From: Haliotis rubra
Taxonomy: Eukaryota
Length of the DNA stretch: 64,000 nt
NCBI RefSeq assembly: GCF_003918875.1
Contig: NW_025765692.1
Span: 868,001 to 932,000, forward strand
Reading direction: 5' to 3'
Positions 1 to 12,368 of this stretch are shown here, piece after piece. The translations under genes were made by a program, and so were the position numbers. The notes below the pieces were generated by a model that was given only the letters and a program-made list of their open reading frames with translations, was not told where the DNA came from and made no database searches. Every line of letters begins with the position of its first letter. Positions within the stretch are counted from its first letter, which is position 1.

Positions 1-3000
1 CTGTCTGTGGTAGACTGTGTCTGTGTTAGACTGTGTCTGTGGTAGACTGTGTCTGTGGTAGACTGTGTCTGTGTTAGACTGTGTCTGTGGTAGACTGTGT
101 CTGTGTTAGACTGTGTCTGTGGTAGACTGTGTCTGTGGTAGACTGTGTCTGTGTTAGACTGTGTCTGTGTTAGTGGTAGACTGTGTCTGTGGTAGACTGT
201 GTCTGTGTTAGACTGTGTCTGTGGTAGACTGTGTCTGTGTTAGACTGTGTCTGTGGTAGACTGTGTCTGTGGTAGACTGTGTCTGTGGTAGACTGTGTCT
301 GTGGTAGACTGTGTCTGTGGTAGACTGTGTCTGTGGTAGACTGTGTCTGTGGTAGACTGTGTCTGTGGTAGACTGTGTCTGTGTGTTAGACTGTGTCTGT
401 GGTAGACTGTGTCTGTGTTAGACTGTGTCTGTGGTAGACTGTGTCTGTGTTAGACTGTGTCTGTGTTAGACTGTGTCTGTGGTAGACTGTGTCTGTGTTA
501 GACTGTGTCTGTGGTAGACTGTGTCTGTGTTAGACTGTGTCTGTGTTAGACTGTGTCTGTGGTAGACTGTGTCTGTGGTAGACTGTGTCTGTGTTAGACT
601 GTGTCTGTGGTAGACTGTGTCTGTGTTAGACTGTGTCTGTGGTAGACTGTGTCTGTGTTAGACTGTGTCTGTGTTAGACTGTGTCTGTGGTAGACTGTGT
701 CTGTGGTAGACTGTGTCTGTGGTAGACTGTGTCTGTGGTAGACTGTGTCTGTGTTAGACTGTGTCTGTGTTAGACTGTGTCTGTGGTAGACTGTGTCTGT
801 GGTAGACTGTGTCTGTGGTAGACTGTGTCTGTGGTAGACTGTGTCTGTGTTAGACTGTGTCTGTGGTAGACTGTGTCTGTGGTAGACTGTGTCTGTGGTA
901 GACTGTGTCTGTGGTAGACTGTGTCTGTGGTAGACTGTGTCTGTGGTAGACTGTGTCTGTGTTAGACTGTGTCTGTGTTAGACTGTGTCTGTGGTAGACT
1001 GTGTCTGTGGTAGACTGTGTCTGTGTTAGACTGTGTCTGTGGTAGACTGTGTCTGTGGTAGACTGTGTCTGTGGTAGACTGTGTCTGTGTTAGACTGTGT
1101 CTGTGGTAGACTGTGTCTGTGGTAGACCGTGTCTGTGTTAGACTGTCTGTGGTAGACTGTGTCTGTGGTAGACTGTGTCTGTGTTAGACTGTGTCTGTGG
1201 TAGACTGTGTCTGTGGTAGACTGTGTCTGTGTTAGACTGTGTCTGTGTTAGACTGTGTCTGTGTTAGACTGTGTCTGTGGTAGACTGTGTCTGTGGTAGA
1301 CTGTGTCTGTGTTAGACTGTGTCTGTGGTAGACTGTGTCTGTGTTAGACTGTGTCTGTGGTAGACTGTGTCTGTGGTAGACTGTGTCTGTGTTAGACTGT
1401 GTCTGTGTGGTAGACTGTGTCTGTGGTAGACTGTGTCTGTGGTAGACTGTGTCTGTGGTAGACTGTGTCTGTGGTAGACTGTGTCTGTGGTAGACTGTGT
1501 CTGTGTTAGACTGTGTCTGTGGTAGACTGTGTCTGTGGTAGACTGTGTCTGTGGTAGACTGTGTCTGTGTTAGACTGTGTCTGTGTTAGACTGTGTCTGT
1601 GGTAGACTGTGTCTGTGGTAGACTGTGTCTGTGTTAGACTGTGTCTGTGGTGGTAGACTGTGTCTGTGGTAGACTGTGTCTGTGGTAGACTGTGTCTGTG
1701 TTAGACTGTGTCTGTGGTAGACTGTGTCTGTGTTAGACTGTGTCTGTGTTAGACTGTGTCTGTGGTAGACTGTGTCTGTGTTAGACTGTCTGTGGTAGAC
1801 TGTGTCTGTGTTAGACTGTGTCTGTGGTAGACTGTGTCTGTGGTAGACTGTGTCTGTGTTAGACTGTGTCTGTGGTAGACTGTGTCTGTGTTAGACTGTG
1901 TCTGTGGTAGACTGTGTCTGTGGTAGACTGTGTCTGTGTTAGACTGTGTAGTGGTAGACTGTGTCTGTGGTAGACTGTGTCTGTGGTAGACTGTGTCTGT
2001 GGTAGACTGTGTCTGTGGTAGACTGTGTCTGTGTTAGACTGTGTCTGTGGTAGACTGTGTCTGTGTTAGACTGTGTCTGTGGTAGACTGTGTCTGTGGTA
2101 GACTGTGTCTGTGTTAGACTGTGTCTGTGGTAGACTGTGTCTGTGGTATACTGTGTCTGTGGTAGACTGTGTCTGTGGTAGACTGTGTCTGTGGTAGACT
2201 GTGTCTGTGTTAGACTGTGTCTGTGGTAGACTGTGTCTGTGTTAGACTGTGTCTGTGTTAGACTGTGTCTGTGTTAGACTGTGTCTGTGTTAGACTGTGT
2301 CTGTGTTAGACTGTGTCTGTGGTAGACTGTGTCTGTGTTAGACTGTGTCTGTGGTAGACTGTGTCTGTGGTAGACTGTGTCTGTGGTAGACTGTGTCTGT
2401 GTTAGACTGTGTCTGTGGTCTGTGTCTGTGTTAGACTGTGTCTGTGGTAGACTGTGTCTGTGTTAGACTGTGTCTGTGGTAGACTGTGTCTGTGGTAGAC
2501 TGTGTCTGTGGTAGACTGTGTCTGTGGTAGACTGTGTCTGTGTTAGACTGTGTCTGTGGTAGACTGTGTCTGTGGTAGACTGTGTCTGTGGTAGACTGTG
2601 TCTGTGGTAGACTGTGTCTGTGTTAGACTGTGTCTGTGGTAGACTGTGTCTGTGGTAGACTGTGTCTGTGGTAGACTGTGTCTGTGTTAGACTGTGTCTG
2701 TGGTGGTAGACTGTGTCTGTGGTAGACTGTGTCTGTGTTAGACTGTGTCTGTGTTAGACTGTGTCTGTGTTAGACTGTGTCTGTGGTAGACTGTGTCTGT
2801 GGTAGACTGTGTCTGCAAGTAGACTGTGTCTGTGGTAGACTGTGTCTGTGGTAGACTGTGTCTGTGTTAGACTGTGTCTGTGGTAGACTGTGTCTGTGGT
2901 AGACTGTGGTAGACCGTGTCTGTGTTAGACTGTCTGTGGTAGACTGTGTCTGTGGTAGACTGTGTCTGTGTTAGACTGTGTCTGTGGTAGACTGTGTCTG

Positions 3001-4112
3001 TGGTAGACTGTGTCTGTGTTAGACTGTGTCTGTGTTAGACTGTGTCTGTGGTAGACTGTGTCTGTGGTAGACTGTGTCTGTGGTAGACTGTGTCTGTGGT
3101 AGACTGTGTCTGTGGTAGACTGTGTCTGTGTTAGACTGTGTCTGTGTTAGACTGTGTCTGTGGTAGACTGTGTCTGTGGTAGACTGTGTCTGTGTTAGAC
3201 TGTGTCTGTGTTAGACTGTGTCTGTGGTAGACTGTGTCTGTGGTAGACTGTGTCTGTGTTAGACTGTGTCTGTGTTAGACTGTGTCTGTGGTAGACTGTG
3301 TCTGTGTCTGTGGTAGACTGTGTCTGTGTTAGACTGTGTCTGTGGTAGACTGTGTCTGTGGTAGACTGTGTCTGTGGTAGACTGTGTAGACTGTGGTGTT
3401 AGACTGTGTCTGTGGTAGACTGTGTCTGTGGTAGACTGTGTCTGTGGTAGACTGTGTCTGTGGTAGACTGTGTCTGTGTTAGACTGTGTCTGTGGTAGAC
3501 TGTGTCTGTGGTAGACTGTGACTGTGTCTGTGGTAGACTGTGTCTGTGTTAGACTGTGTCTGTGGTAGACTGTGTCTGTGGTAGACTGTGTCTGTGGTAG
3601 ACTGTGTCTGTGGTAGACTGTGTCTGTGTTAGACTGTGTCTGTGGTAGACTGTGTCTGTGTTAGACTGTGTCTGTGGTAGACTGTGTCTGTGCTGTGTTA
3701 GACTGTGTCTGTGTTAGACTGTGTCTGTGGTAGACTGTGTCTGTGGTAGACTGTGTCTGTGTCTGTGTCTGCAAGTAGACTGTGTCTGTGGTAGACTGTG
3801 TCTGTGGTAGACTGTGTCTGTGTTAGACTGTGTCTGTGGTAGACTGTGTCTGTGGTAGACTGTGTCTGTGGTAGACTGTGTCTTGTGGTAGTCTGTGACT
3901 GTGTCTGTGGTAGACTGTGTCTGTGGTAGACTGTGTCTAGACTGTGTCTGTGGTAGACTGTGTCTGTGGTAGACTGTGTCTGTGGTAGACTGTGTCTGTG
4001 TTAGACTGTGTCTGTGGTAGACTGTGTCTGTGGTAGACTGTGTCTGTGGTAGACTGTGTCTGTGTTAGACTGTGTCTGTGGTAGACTGTGTCTGTGTTAG
4101 ACTGTGTCTGTG
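1..4112. repeat. 16-bp minisatellite (GACTGTGTCTGTG[G/T]TA)n, runs off the left edge of the window
   Basis: Period 16 seen directly (gtggtagact at 301 and 317); two interspersed variants, GGTA and GTTA. Confidence 0.98.
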
Positions 4113-4140
4113 TTATGTAGGCACAGAGAAAACTCAACAG

Positions 4141-4860
4141 TCAGCATCTAACCATATCAGAACGTCCTGGTATTTCTACAACCCAAGTACGTGTCAGTGA
4201 CGAGAGTCGGGTGTGATTGGTGACCTCCTTCCTGAGAACTCGTTTGTCACTCCAACTGTCCGGGATCCCTACTAGGGGCCGGTATATGAATAAAAGGGAC
4301 CAAACCATTTCCGTGTTGTCCATCACAGACACTTGCAAAGCCAAGTCAATTGTCCACCTAAATCGACCGCACTGCATATGGTACAGTTCAAGGCCATTTT
4401 CAAATCCTCGAATACTTCTGGAAGGGTTAAACCACATCCCCTCACTCATGCTCTGAGTGTATGCCAGTTCGTCGGGATTATATTCTGAGTAAAGCAGAAT
4501 AATTAAAACTAACGTATGTTCAGAAGTTTGTTCACTGCCATTCACCGCATGTGATCGCCAACTGTTGCCTCGAGCACGTAGGTATGGTGTTAAAACTGCT
4601 TTGTTAAATCTCATATTGTACTTGACAACAGCTGCAGTTGGGATACTAATGATTAGGAAATACATCGCGTTACAGAATCTATGCAAACTTGATTGTCTCT
4701 GTTTTGAATAAACTACTGTCATAACCTTATAGTGACAGTAAGAGTAATGTCCATCTGCGCTAATGACACTGCGACTGTTGGCGACCTCTGTTGACATTGT
4801 GTTCTGCGAGTATATTAAAAAGTTACCTGAAACAAGCAATGAGATGTCTTCAATTAGCAT
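4141..4860 (-). CDS. Orphan 239-codon ORF in non-repetitive sequence; possibly the terminal exon (acceptor at 4827/4826) of a - strand gene
   Basis: Longest non-repeat, non-TE ORF apart from CPES. Pyrimidine-rich acceptor catctcattgcttgtttcag|GTAAC enters the ORF in phase 1. No recognisable domain. Confidence 0.35.
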   Translation of the reverse strand: MLIEDISLLVSGNFLIYSQNTMSTEVANSRSVISADGHYSYCHYKVMTVVYSKQRQSSLHRFCNAMYFLIISIPTAAVVKYNMRFNKAVLTPYLRARGNSWRSHAVNGSEQTSEHTLVLIILLYSEYNPDELAYTQSMSEGMWFNPSRSIRGFENGLELYHMQCGRFRWTIDLALQVSVMDNTEMVWSLLFIYRPLVGIPDSWSDKRVLRKEVTNHTRLSSLTRTWVVEIPGRSDMVRC

Positions 4861-5744
4861 GGCTCACTGATCAGACATATGACGCACAAACGTTTATGAA
4901 TATAACTTAAACTCGTTGACGTGAAATTGGAGCATATAAGACAGAAACCAGTCAACAGTATCGAGCTCACAAGTAAACAAAAGCAAAACGTTCCTAATTC
5001 GTTGTCATCACATAATATTTGTCGAAGCAATGATAGAAAATGTGTAATGATTAAACGTGTCGTGTCTCTGTATTTTCAAAATGGCGGACATGTAGCAGAC
5101 TTGTACGTTTAGAATATCGTAGTTGTTTCTTTTTTTAAGCTGTGTTGTTGGTATGAAGAATAGATTTGATGGGTGGGTGGTAGTAACCATATTGTTTCTT
5201 CCGAAACTAGGCACTCGCCCGTTAGGACTTGGTCAGTGGATGACAGATGACCTACTGAGGAGGCTAAACAAACATTTGGGGTTCATATTACGGACGATAG
5301 GGTTCATAAAACAGTTGAACTTGTGAACGTTGAGCAAGGTCCGCATACAACACTGCTTGCTGATCACAGTTTGGACGGATCACCCTCATATAACACTTTT
5401 AGTTGGTCCCCATTAGAGATAGATAAACCTCGTTAAAACACTTGTGTAAGGAACCCGCAACTCTCATTATAACACGTATCTGCTCCTGTAAGAACAAAAG
5501 ACTTTCACTATAATGAGTGGGTTCTCATTGTGACTAATAAAGTCACGTGAGACAATGCCATACCCCTAACTATTCATGTCTCACGTGTCAGTTTCACACA
5601 CTGATGTCATGCCAGTTTGTCACACCGATCGCACATCGTGACTACAACAAAGTGGTTCCCGGAAAACAGTGAGGAACGAACCGAGCCCCAGTTACATTGT
5701 TCTAGATCACATCCTGCCTCTATGTGCGTGTATAACAAATCCTG

Positions 5745-5963
5745 CAGCCTTGTAGTCAGTCAACTAGTCTGTCTCACAGTCCCTGAACCACATTAATTTC
5801 CCTACTGCCAAGTCCCCTCTGCAGTGCTAAAGCCCTAAATAAAGCAAGTCTAGATTTCCTCAGGTTCTGAATCTCTGGTCTCCCTATAGGGCTCGTTTTC
5901 AATATAAATGGGCTTGTTTGTTACTATCAAAATTATATATATTCAGAGACTAAGCCTTAGTCT
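5745..5963 (+). mobile_element. Unclassified dispersed repeat (family D), copy 1, ending in hairpin AGACTAAG-n-nTTAGTCT
   Basis: Shares tagtctgtctcacagtccctgaacc...agtctagatttcctcaggttc...tcaaaattatatatattcagagactaag with copies at about 20178-20543, 25982-26215 (-) and 47238-47425. Confidence 0.7.
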
Positions 5964-6064
5964 ATCAGTCAACTTGCATCCAGTCACTGTTGAACTGTTC
6001 AAATTCTCATTTAAACCATTCACACGGATATTTCAACTTATTAATATTTTATTAGAGTCGCACC

Positions 6065-7350
6065 TCGGGTAGGTGTCGAAACACTTACATACGTACTTCT
6101 CGGTTAGTTGTGGAAACACTTACGTACTCTCGGGTAGGTGTGGATGCACTTACGTACGTACTTCTCGGGCAGTTGTGGAAGCACTTACGTACTCTCGGGT
6201 AGGTGTGGATGCACTTACGTACTTTCTCCTCGGGTAGGTGTGAAAACATTTAAATATGTACTTCTCGGGAGGACATACGTACTCTCGGATAAGTGTGGAA
6301 GTACATACGTATTTCTCGGGTAGATGCGGGAGGACATACGTACTCTCGGATAAGTGTGGAAGTACATACGTATTTCTCGGGTAGATGCGGGAGGACATAC
6401 GTACTCTCGGATAAGTGTGGAAGTACATACGTACTTCTCGGGTAGATGCGGGTGGACATACATACTCTCGGATAAGTGTGGAAGTACATACGTACTTCTG
6501 GGGTAGATGAGGGAGGACCTACGTACTCTCGGATAAGTGTGGAAGTACATACGTATTTCTCGGGTAGATGTGGGTGGACATACATACTCTCGGATAAGTG
6601 TGGAAGTACATACGTATTTCTCGGGTAGATGCGGGAGGACATACGTACTCTCGGATAAGTGTGGAAGTACATACGTACTTCTCGGGTAGATGCGGGTGGA
6701 CATACATACTCTCGGATAAGTGGATAAGTGCTTCTCGGGTAGATGCGGGAGGACATACGTACTCTCGGATAAGTGTGGAAGGTCGGGTAGATGAGGGAGG
6801 ACAACGTATTTCTCGGGTAGATGCGGGAGGACATACATACTCTCGGATAAGTGTGGAAGTACATACGTATTTCTCGGGTAGATGCGGGAGGACATACGTA
6901 CTCTCGGATAAGTGTGGAAGTACATACGTATTTCTCGGGTAGATGCGGGTGGACATACATACTCTCGGATGGAAGTACATACGTATTTCTCGGGTAGTGT
7001 GGGAGTACATCTCGTGGAAGTACATTCTCGGGTAGATGTGGGTGGACATACATACTCTCGGATAAGTGTGGAAGTACATACGTATTTCTCGGGTAGATGC
7101 GGGAGGACATACATACTCTCGGATAAGTGTGGAAGTACATACGTATTTCTCGGGTAGATGTGGGTGGACATACATACTCTCGGATAAGTGTGGAAGTACA
7201 TACGTATTTCTCGGGTAGATGTGGGTGGACATACATACTCTCGGATAAGTGTGGAAGTACATACGTATTTCTCGGGTAGATGCGGGAGGACATACATACT
7301 CTCGGATAAGTGTGGAAGTACATACGTGTTTCTCGAATAGGTGTGGAAGT
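6065..7350. repeat. 61-bp minisatellite (dimer of 30/31-bp subunits) with monomeric degenerate left flank
   Basis: actctcggat recurs at 6281, 6342 and 6403; it explains the long spurious - strand ORFs. Confidence 0.95.
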
Positions 7351-8389
7351 ATATGTAAAATTTATATACAACCGCAACCGAGACACTTTCAGCGTACTGT
7401 GCCCGTTGATAAGATAAGATGGTAATTTTCTCGAAATTGGACTTCCTCTACATGGACTGAGACGAGAATCGTACATTGATCAATGTGACGTGTAGGTAGT
7501 CAGAAACGTTCTGACAATCTGCTATTGTTATTTGTATTTTTGGTTTCCATGGTGACGAAGAGAATAGTTGATGAGAACCGCCGTAATTTGTGTCAGTTAT
7601 GGCGTCACGAGGGACAGAACCTATGGCAATTTCTGCTGAATTTATCAATGAGTGACAAACATCTGTACCCTTCCCAAACATATTCTAAAAATAATGAGCC
7701 AGTGTGTGCAACGAATAGACAAACAGAGAAAATGATACAGATTTTATACAGGTTCAGTTTTCCGAACACAGCGTTTATCTTCACGCCTCATTTACATTGC
7801 TTGTGTTCATCAAGACACTTTATGGTGACAAAGACCACTTGTGATTTAATCTAAAATGTTTGAGGAACCCGGGGATTAATGCAAGGAAGGATAATACCAC
7901 AGAACAGCTAAACAAATATCTGAGGACATCCCACTATGGGTCACGTAACAACGGCCATTTGTCCAACCAATCGCCACTAGATCAGGAAGGTGGATCAGTT
8001 GGAATGTGTTTCTGATGCACCCTGGAAAGGTGTAACACGAGGTATTCCGAGCGACACTTCGGGGCTATACGATCCAGTCCGTCATAGTGGCGTTAAAGGG
8101 TTCACACAGCTCGTGGGACATATAAATAGCCTGTGTACTAACACAGAGAGTGCTGTTGGGAAAACTACCTACCTTCGTCTGAAAACAACGCAGAAAAACA
8201 CCGGTGTTACTCACAACGTTCAACATTTCACTCTGTAAACGTTCATCACTTCCCTGACTGTGTCAATATCGGCGGTGTTACCTGGATTATACGTAAGAAA
8301 TAGTTCGACAAAAGTATAGCATGTCCACGGCAGCTGTTATTTCATTGGTCGTTCAAGGGTCTCTCATCCACCTGGATGTCCTCAGATTT

Positions 8390-8620
8390 TTGTTTTTTGT
8401 TTGTTTGTTGAACGCCACACTCAGCAATATTCCAGCCACATTGCGGCGTTCTGTAAATAATCGAGTCTGAGACAGATAATCCAGTGATCAACATTATGAG
8501 CTTCGATCTACGCAACAGGGGTACGATGTGTCAACCAAGTCAGCGAGCCTGACCTCCAAATTACGTTAGTCGCCTTTTAAGACAAGCATGGGTTACTGAA
8601 GACCAATTCTAATCCGGACT
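8390..8620 (-). mobile_element. SINE-like family B copy
   Basis: Reverse complement of the 33332-33590 copy (gttagtcgcc..gacaagcatgggttactgaag; cagcaatattccagc tail). Confidence 0.85.
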
Positions 8621-8669
8621 AGTGGAAGAGAGACCTAAGACATGATTTTAATGACATCTACATTACACT

Positions 8670-8948
8670 ACCCTGCACTACGCTACACCACAACACTACA
8701 CAACTACACAACACTACACAAGTCTGTACCATACTAGCTTACACTAACCTACACAAGACCTCACGGGACTACACACGTATACTACAGAAATCTACACTGT
8801 ACATATCACTGGTGAACATTACACTGGCCCACACTACAAATCACAGGTCTCTAACTACTGTACACTAAACTACACCACGCCACGCCACGCCACGCCACGC
8901 CACGCCACGCCACGCCACGCCACGCCACGCCACACCACACCACACACA
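8670..8948. repeat. Degenerate (CTACA)n grading into perfect (GCCAC)n microsatellite
   Basis: Seen directly. Confidence 0.85.
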
Positions 8949-9149
8949 ACGCTTGTTCATATTACATAATACTCAATCTCACAAAGTGATCAATTCCGTG
9001 AAAACATTGACCACGATCACTTTCAGGTGTATTTGGCATTTCATTTCGGTAGTATATTACCGTAGATAAGCCGAATTTCGACGACCAGCTTCCGTCAAAC
9101 TTTTTTTCTGGTGACCAGTAAGAAAACGACATCGTATCGTTTTGTGTAT

Positions 9150-9412
9150 GTCTGGTGTATCAGGTATTACAGGTGTATCAGGTATTCCAGGTGTATCAGG
9201 TATTCCAGGTGTATCAGGTATTTCAGGTGTATCGGGTATTTCAGGTGTATCAGGTATTCCAGATGTATCGGGTATTCCAGGTGCACTAGGTATTTCAGGT
9301 GTATCGGGTATTCAAAATGTACCCGGTATTACAGATGTATGAGGTATGTCAGGTGTGTCGGTAATTCCAGGTGTATCAGATAGTTCAGGTGTTTTAGGAA
9401 TGTCAGGTGTAT
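9150..9412. repeat. Degenerate 18-bp tandem repeat (caggtgtatcaggtattc); reads (PDTPGI)n on the - strand
   Basis: Period 18 seen directly; one in-frame TGA in the PDTP frame. Confidence 0.85.
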
Positions 9413-9894
9413 CACGACGTCATGGACCAGGTTGCAGACGTTTACTATTCCTGGGAAGCCCAGTAGCGCGTCAGCGAAGTTACCAGGACGAATCTGGATT
9501 AAAACACATGACCACTTGACGACGCTGCTGCTAAGGGGCACAACTCTGCATAGCAAGTTTTGCCAGATTAATTCTCGTGGTCATGCGAGTCCCAATAAGT
9601 CACAGACAACATTTCAACCGTTAAACAAATTCTGAAACATTACACCTCAAACAAATATTCAGATCAAACAGGACGAGAACCTAATCGATGATATCACAAT
9701 ACCAGCTTGTGGAACTGTATATATTGGCATTGTTCCATGAGTCTGTGTATTTGCATAAAGTATCAGTAGTCGGTGATGTATGATGGAGGCTGACATTACC
9801 AACTGTCCGACAGCATCCCGTACGTCGAGCATGTTATATCACCAATACAGTGCCGACATTGCCTCTAGTGTTACATTAACGCGGGCATCCCGAC

Positions 9895-12290
9895 GTGTAG
9901 TGATAGACCAGGTCGTGTAGTGATAGACTAGACCAAGACGTGAAGTGATAGACTAGACCAGGACGTGTAGTGATAGACCAGGACGTGTAGTGATAGACCA
10001 GGACGTGTAGTGATAGACCAGTACGTGTAGTGTTATATCACGGCGTATAGTGTTACATTACAGCATGTAGTGTTATATCACGGCGTATAGCGTCAGATCA
10101 GGACGTGTATCGATAGACCAGGTCGTGTAGTGTTATATCACGGCGTATAGTGTTACATTACAGCGTATAGTGTTACATTACAGCATGTAGTGTTATATCA
10201 CGGCGTATAGCGTCAGATCAGTACGTGTAGTGTTATATCAAGGCGTACAGCGTCAGATCAGGACGTGTAGTGATAGACCAGGTCGTGTAGTGTTATATCA
10301 CGGCGTATAGCGTCAGATCAGGACGTGTAGTGTCAGACCCGTACGTGTAGTGTTATATCACGGCATATAGTGTCAGATCAGGACGTGTAGTGATAGACCA
10401 GTACGTGTAGTGTTATATCACGGCGTATAGCGTCAGATCAGGACGTGTAGTGATAGACCCGTACGTGTAGTGTTATATCACGGCGTATAGTGTCAGATCA
10501 GGACGTGTAGTGATAGACCCGTACGTGTAGTGTTATATCACGGCGTATAGCGTCAGATCAGGACGTGTAGTGATAGACCCGTACGTGTAGTGTTATATCA
10601 CGGCGTATAGCGTCAGATCAGGACGTGTAGTGTCAGACCCGTACGTGTAGTGTTATATCACGGCGTATAGTGTCAGATCAGGACGTGTAGTGATAGACCA
10701 GTACGTGTAGTGTTATATCACGGCGTATAGCGTCAGATCAGGACGTGTAGTGTCAGACCCGTACGTGTAGAGAGAGAGAGAGAGTGTGTAGTGTTATATC
10801 ACGGCGTACAGTGTTACATTACAGCATGTAGAGTTATATCATGGCGTATAGTGTTACATTAAAGCATGCAGTGTTATATCACGGCCAAAAGTGTTACATT
10901 ACAGCATGTAGTGTTATACCACGGCGTACAGTGTTACATTACAGCATGCAGTGCTAAATCACGCGTATAGTGTCAGATCATGACGTGTAGTGTTATAGCA
11001 TGTACTGTTATATTACGACTTACAATGTTATATTACAGCATGTAGTGTTATATCACGGCGTACAATGTTATATTACAGCATGTACTGTTATATCACGGCG
11101 TACAGTGTTATATTACAACATGTAGTGTTATATCATGGCGTACAGTGTTATATTACAGCATGTAGTGTTATATCACGGCGTACAGTGTTACATTACAGCA
11201 TGTAGTGTTATATCACGGCGTATAGTGTCAGATCAGGACGTGTAGTGATAGACCAGGACGTGTAGTGTTATATCACGGCGTACAGTGTTACATTACAGCA
11301 CGCAGTGCTAAATCACGCGTATAGTGTCAGATCATGACGTGTAGTGGTATAGCATGTACTGTTATATTACGACTTACAATGTTATATTACAGCATGTAGT
11401 GTTATATCACGGCGTACAATGTTATATTACAGCAGGTACTAGTTATAGACCAGTACAGTGTAGTGTTATATCACGGCGTGTAGTGTCAGATCAGGACGTA
11501 TAGTGATAGACCAGAACGTGTAGTGTTATATCACGGCGTACAGTGTTACATTACAGCATGCAGTGCTAAATCGTACGCGTACAATGTTAGATCAGGACGT
11601 GTAGTGATAGACCAGTACGTGTAGTGTTATATCACGGCGTATAGTGTTACATTACAGCATGTAGTGTTATATCACGGCGTATAGTATCAGACCCGTACGT
11701 GTAGTGTTATATCACGGCGTATAGTGTCAGATCATGACGTGTAGTGTTACATTACAGCATGTAGTGCTAAATCACGTTATATTACGACTTACAATGTTAT
11801 ATTATAGCATGTAGTGTTATATCACGGCGTATAATATGAGACCAGAACGTGTAGTGTTATATCACGGCGTACAGTGTTACATTACAGCATGTAGTGTTAT
11901 ATCATGGCGTACAGTGTTATATTACAGCATGTAGCGTTATATCACGGCGTATAGTGTCAGACCAGAACGTGTAGTGTTATATCACGGCATACAGTGTTAC
12001 ATTACAGCATATTACAGCAGTGTTATATCATGGCGTACAGTGTTATATTACAGCATGTAGCGTTATATCACGGTGTATACTGTCAGACCAGTACGTGTAG
12101 TGTTATATCACGGCGTACAGTGTTATATTACGGCATACAGTGTTATATAACGGTGTATAGTGTTATATTACAGCATGTAGCGTTATATCTTGGCATACAG
12201 TGTTATATTACAGCATGTAGTGTTATATCACGGCGTATACTGTCAGGCAGTAAGTGTAGTGTTATATCACGGCGTACAGTGTTATATTAC

Positions 12291-12293
<3 letters not shown>
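9895..12293. repeat. Mosaic minisatellite of related 20-bp monomers with a 60-bp higher-order core (about 10380-10770)
   Basis: Consecutive 60-nt lines 10381-10741 are nearly identical; monomers gtagtgatagaccaggacgt, gtagtgttatatcacggcgt, atagcgtcagatcaggacgt and tagtgttacattacagcatg. Confidence 0.93.

Positions 12294-12363
<70 letters not shown>
12294..12363. repeat. (GA)n microsatellite, about 35 units
   Basis: Seen directly. Confidence 0.98.

Positions 12364-12368
<5 letters not shown>

Noticed and set aside
1-4112. Telomeric repeat
   Set aside because: The 16-bp unit has no TTAGGG; a subtelomeric location cannot be judged from this window.
6138-7476. Long ORFs of 247-408 aa
   Set aside because: They are translations of the 61-bp tandem repeat, cycling through the same three peptides in all frames.
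9300-9480. Selenocysteine or readthrough at in-frame TGAs
   Set aside because: The TGA replaces a Gly-type codon of the repeat, an in-frame TAA lies just upstream, and no SECIS is recognisable.
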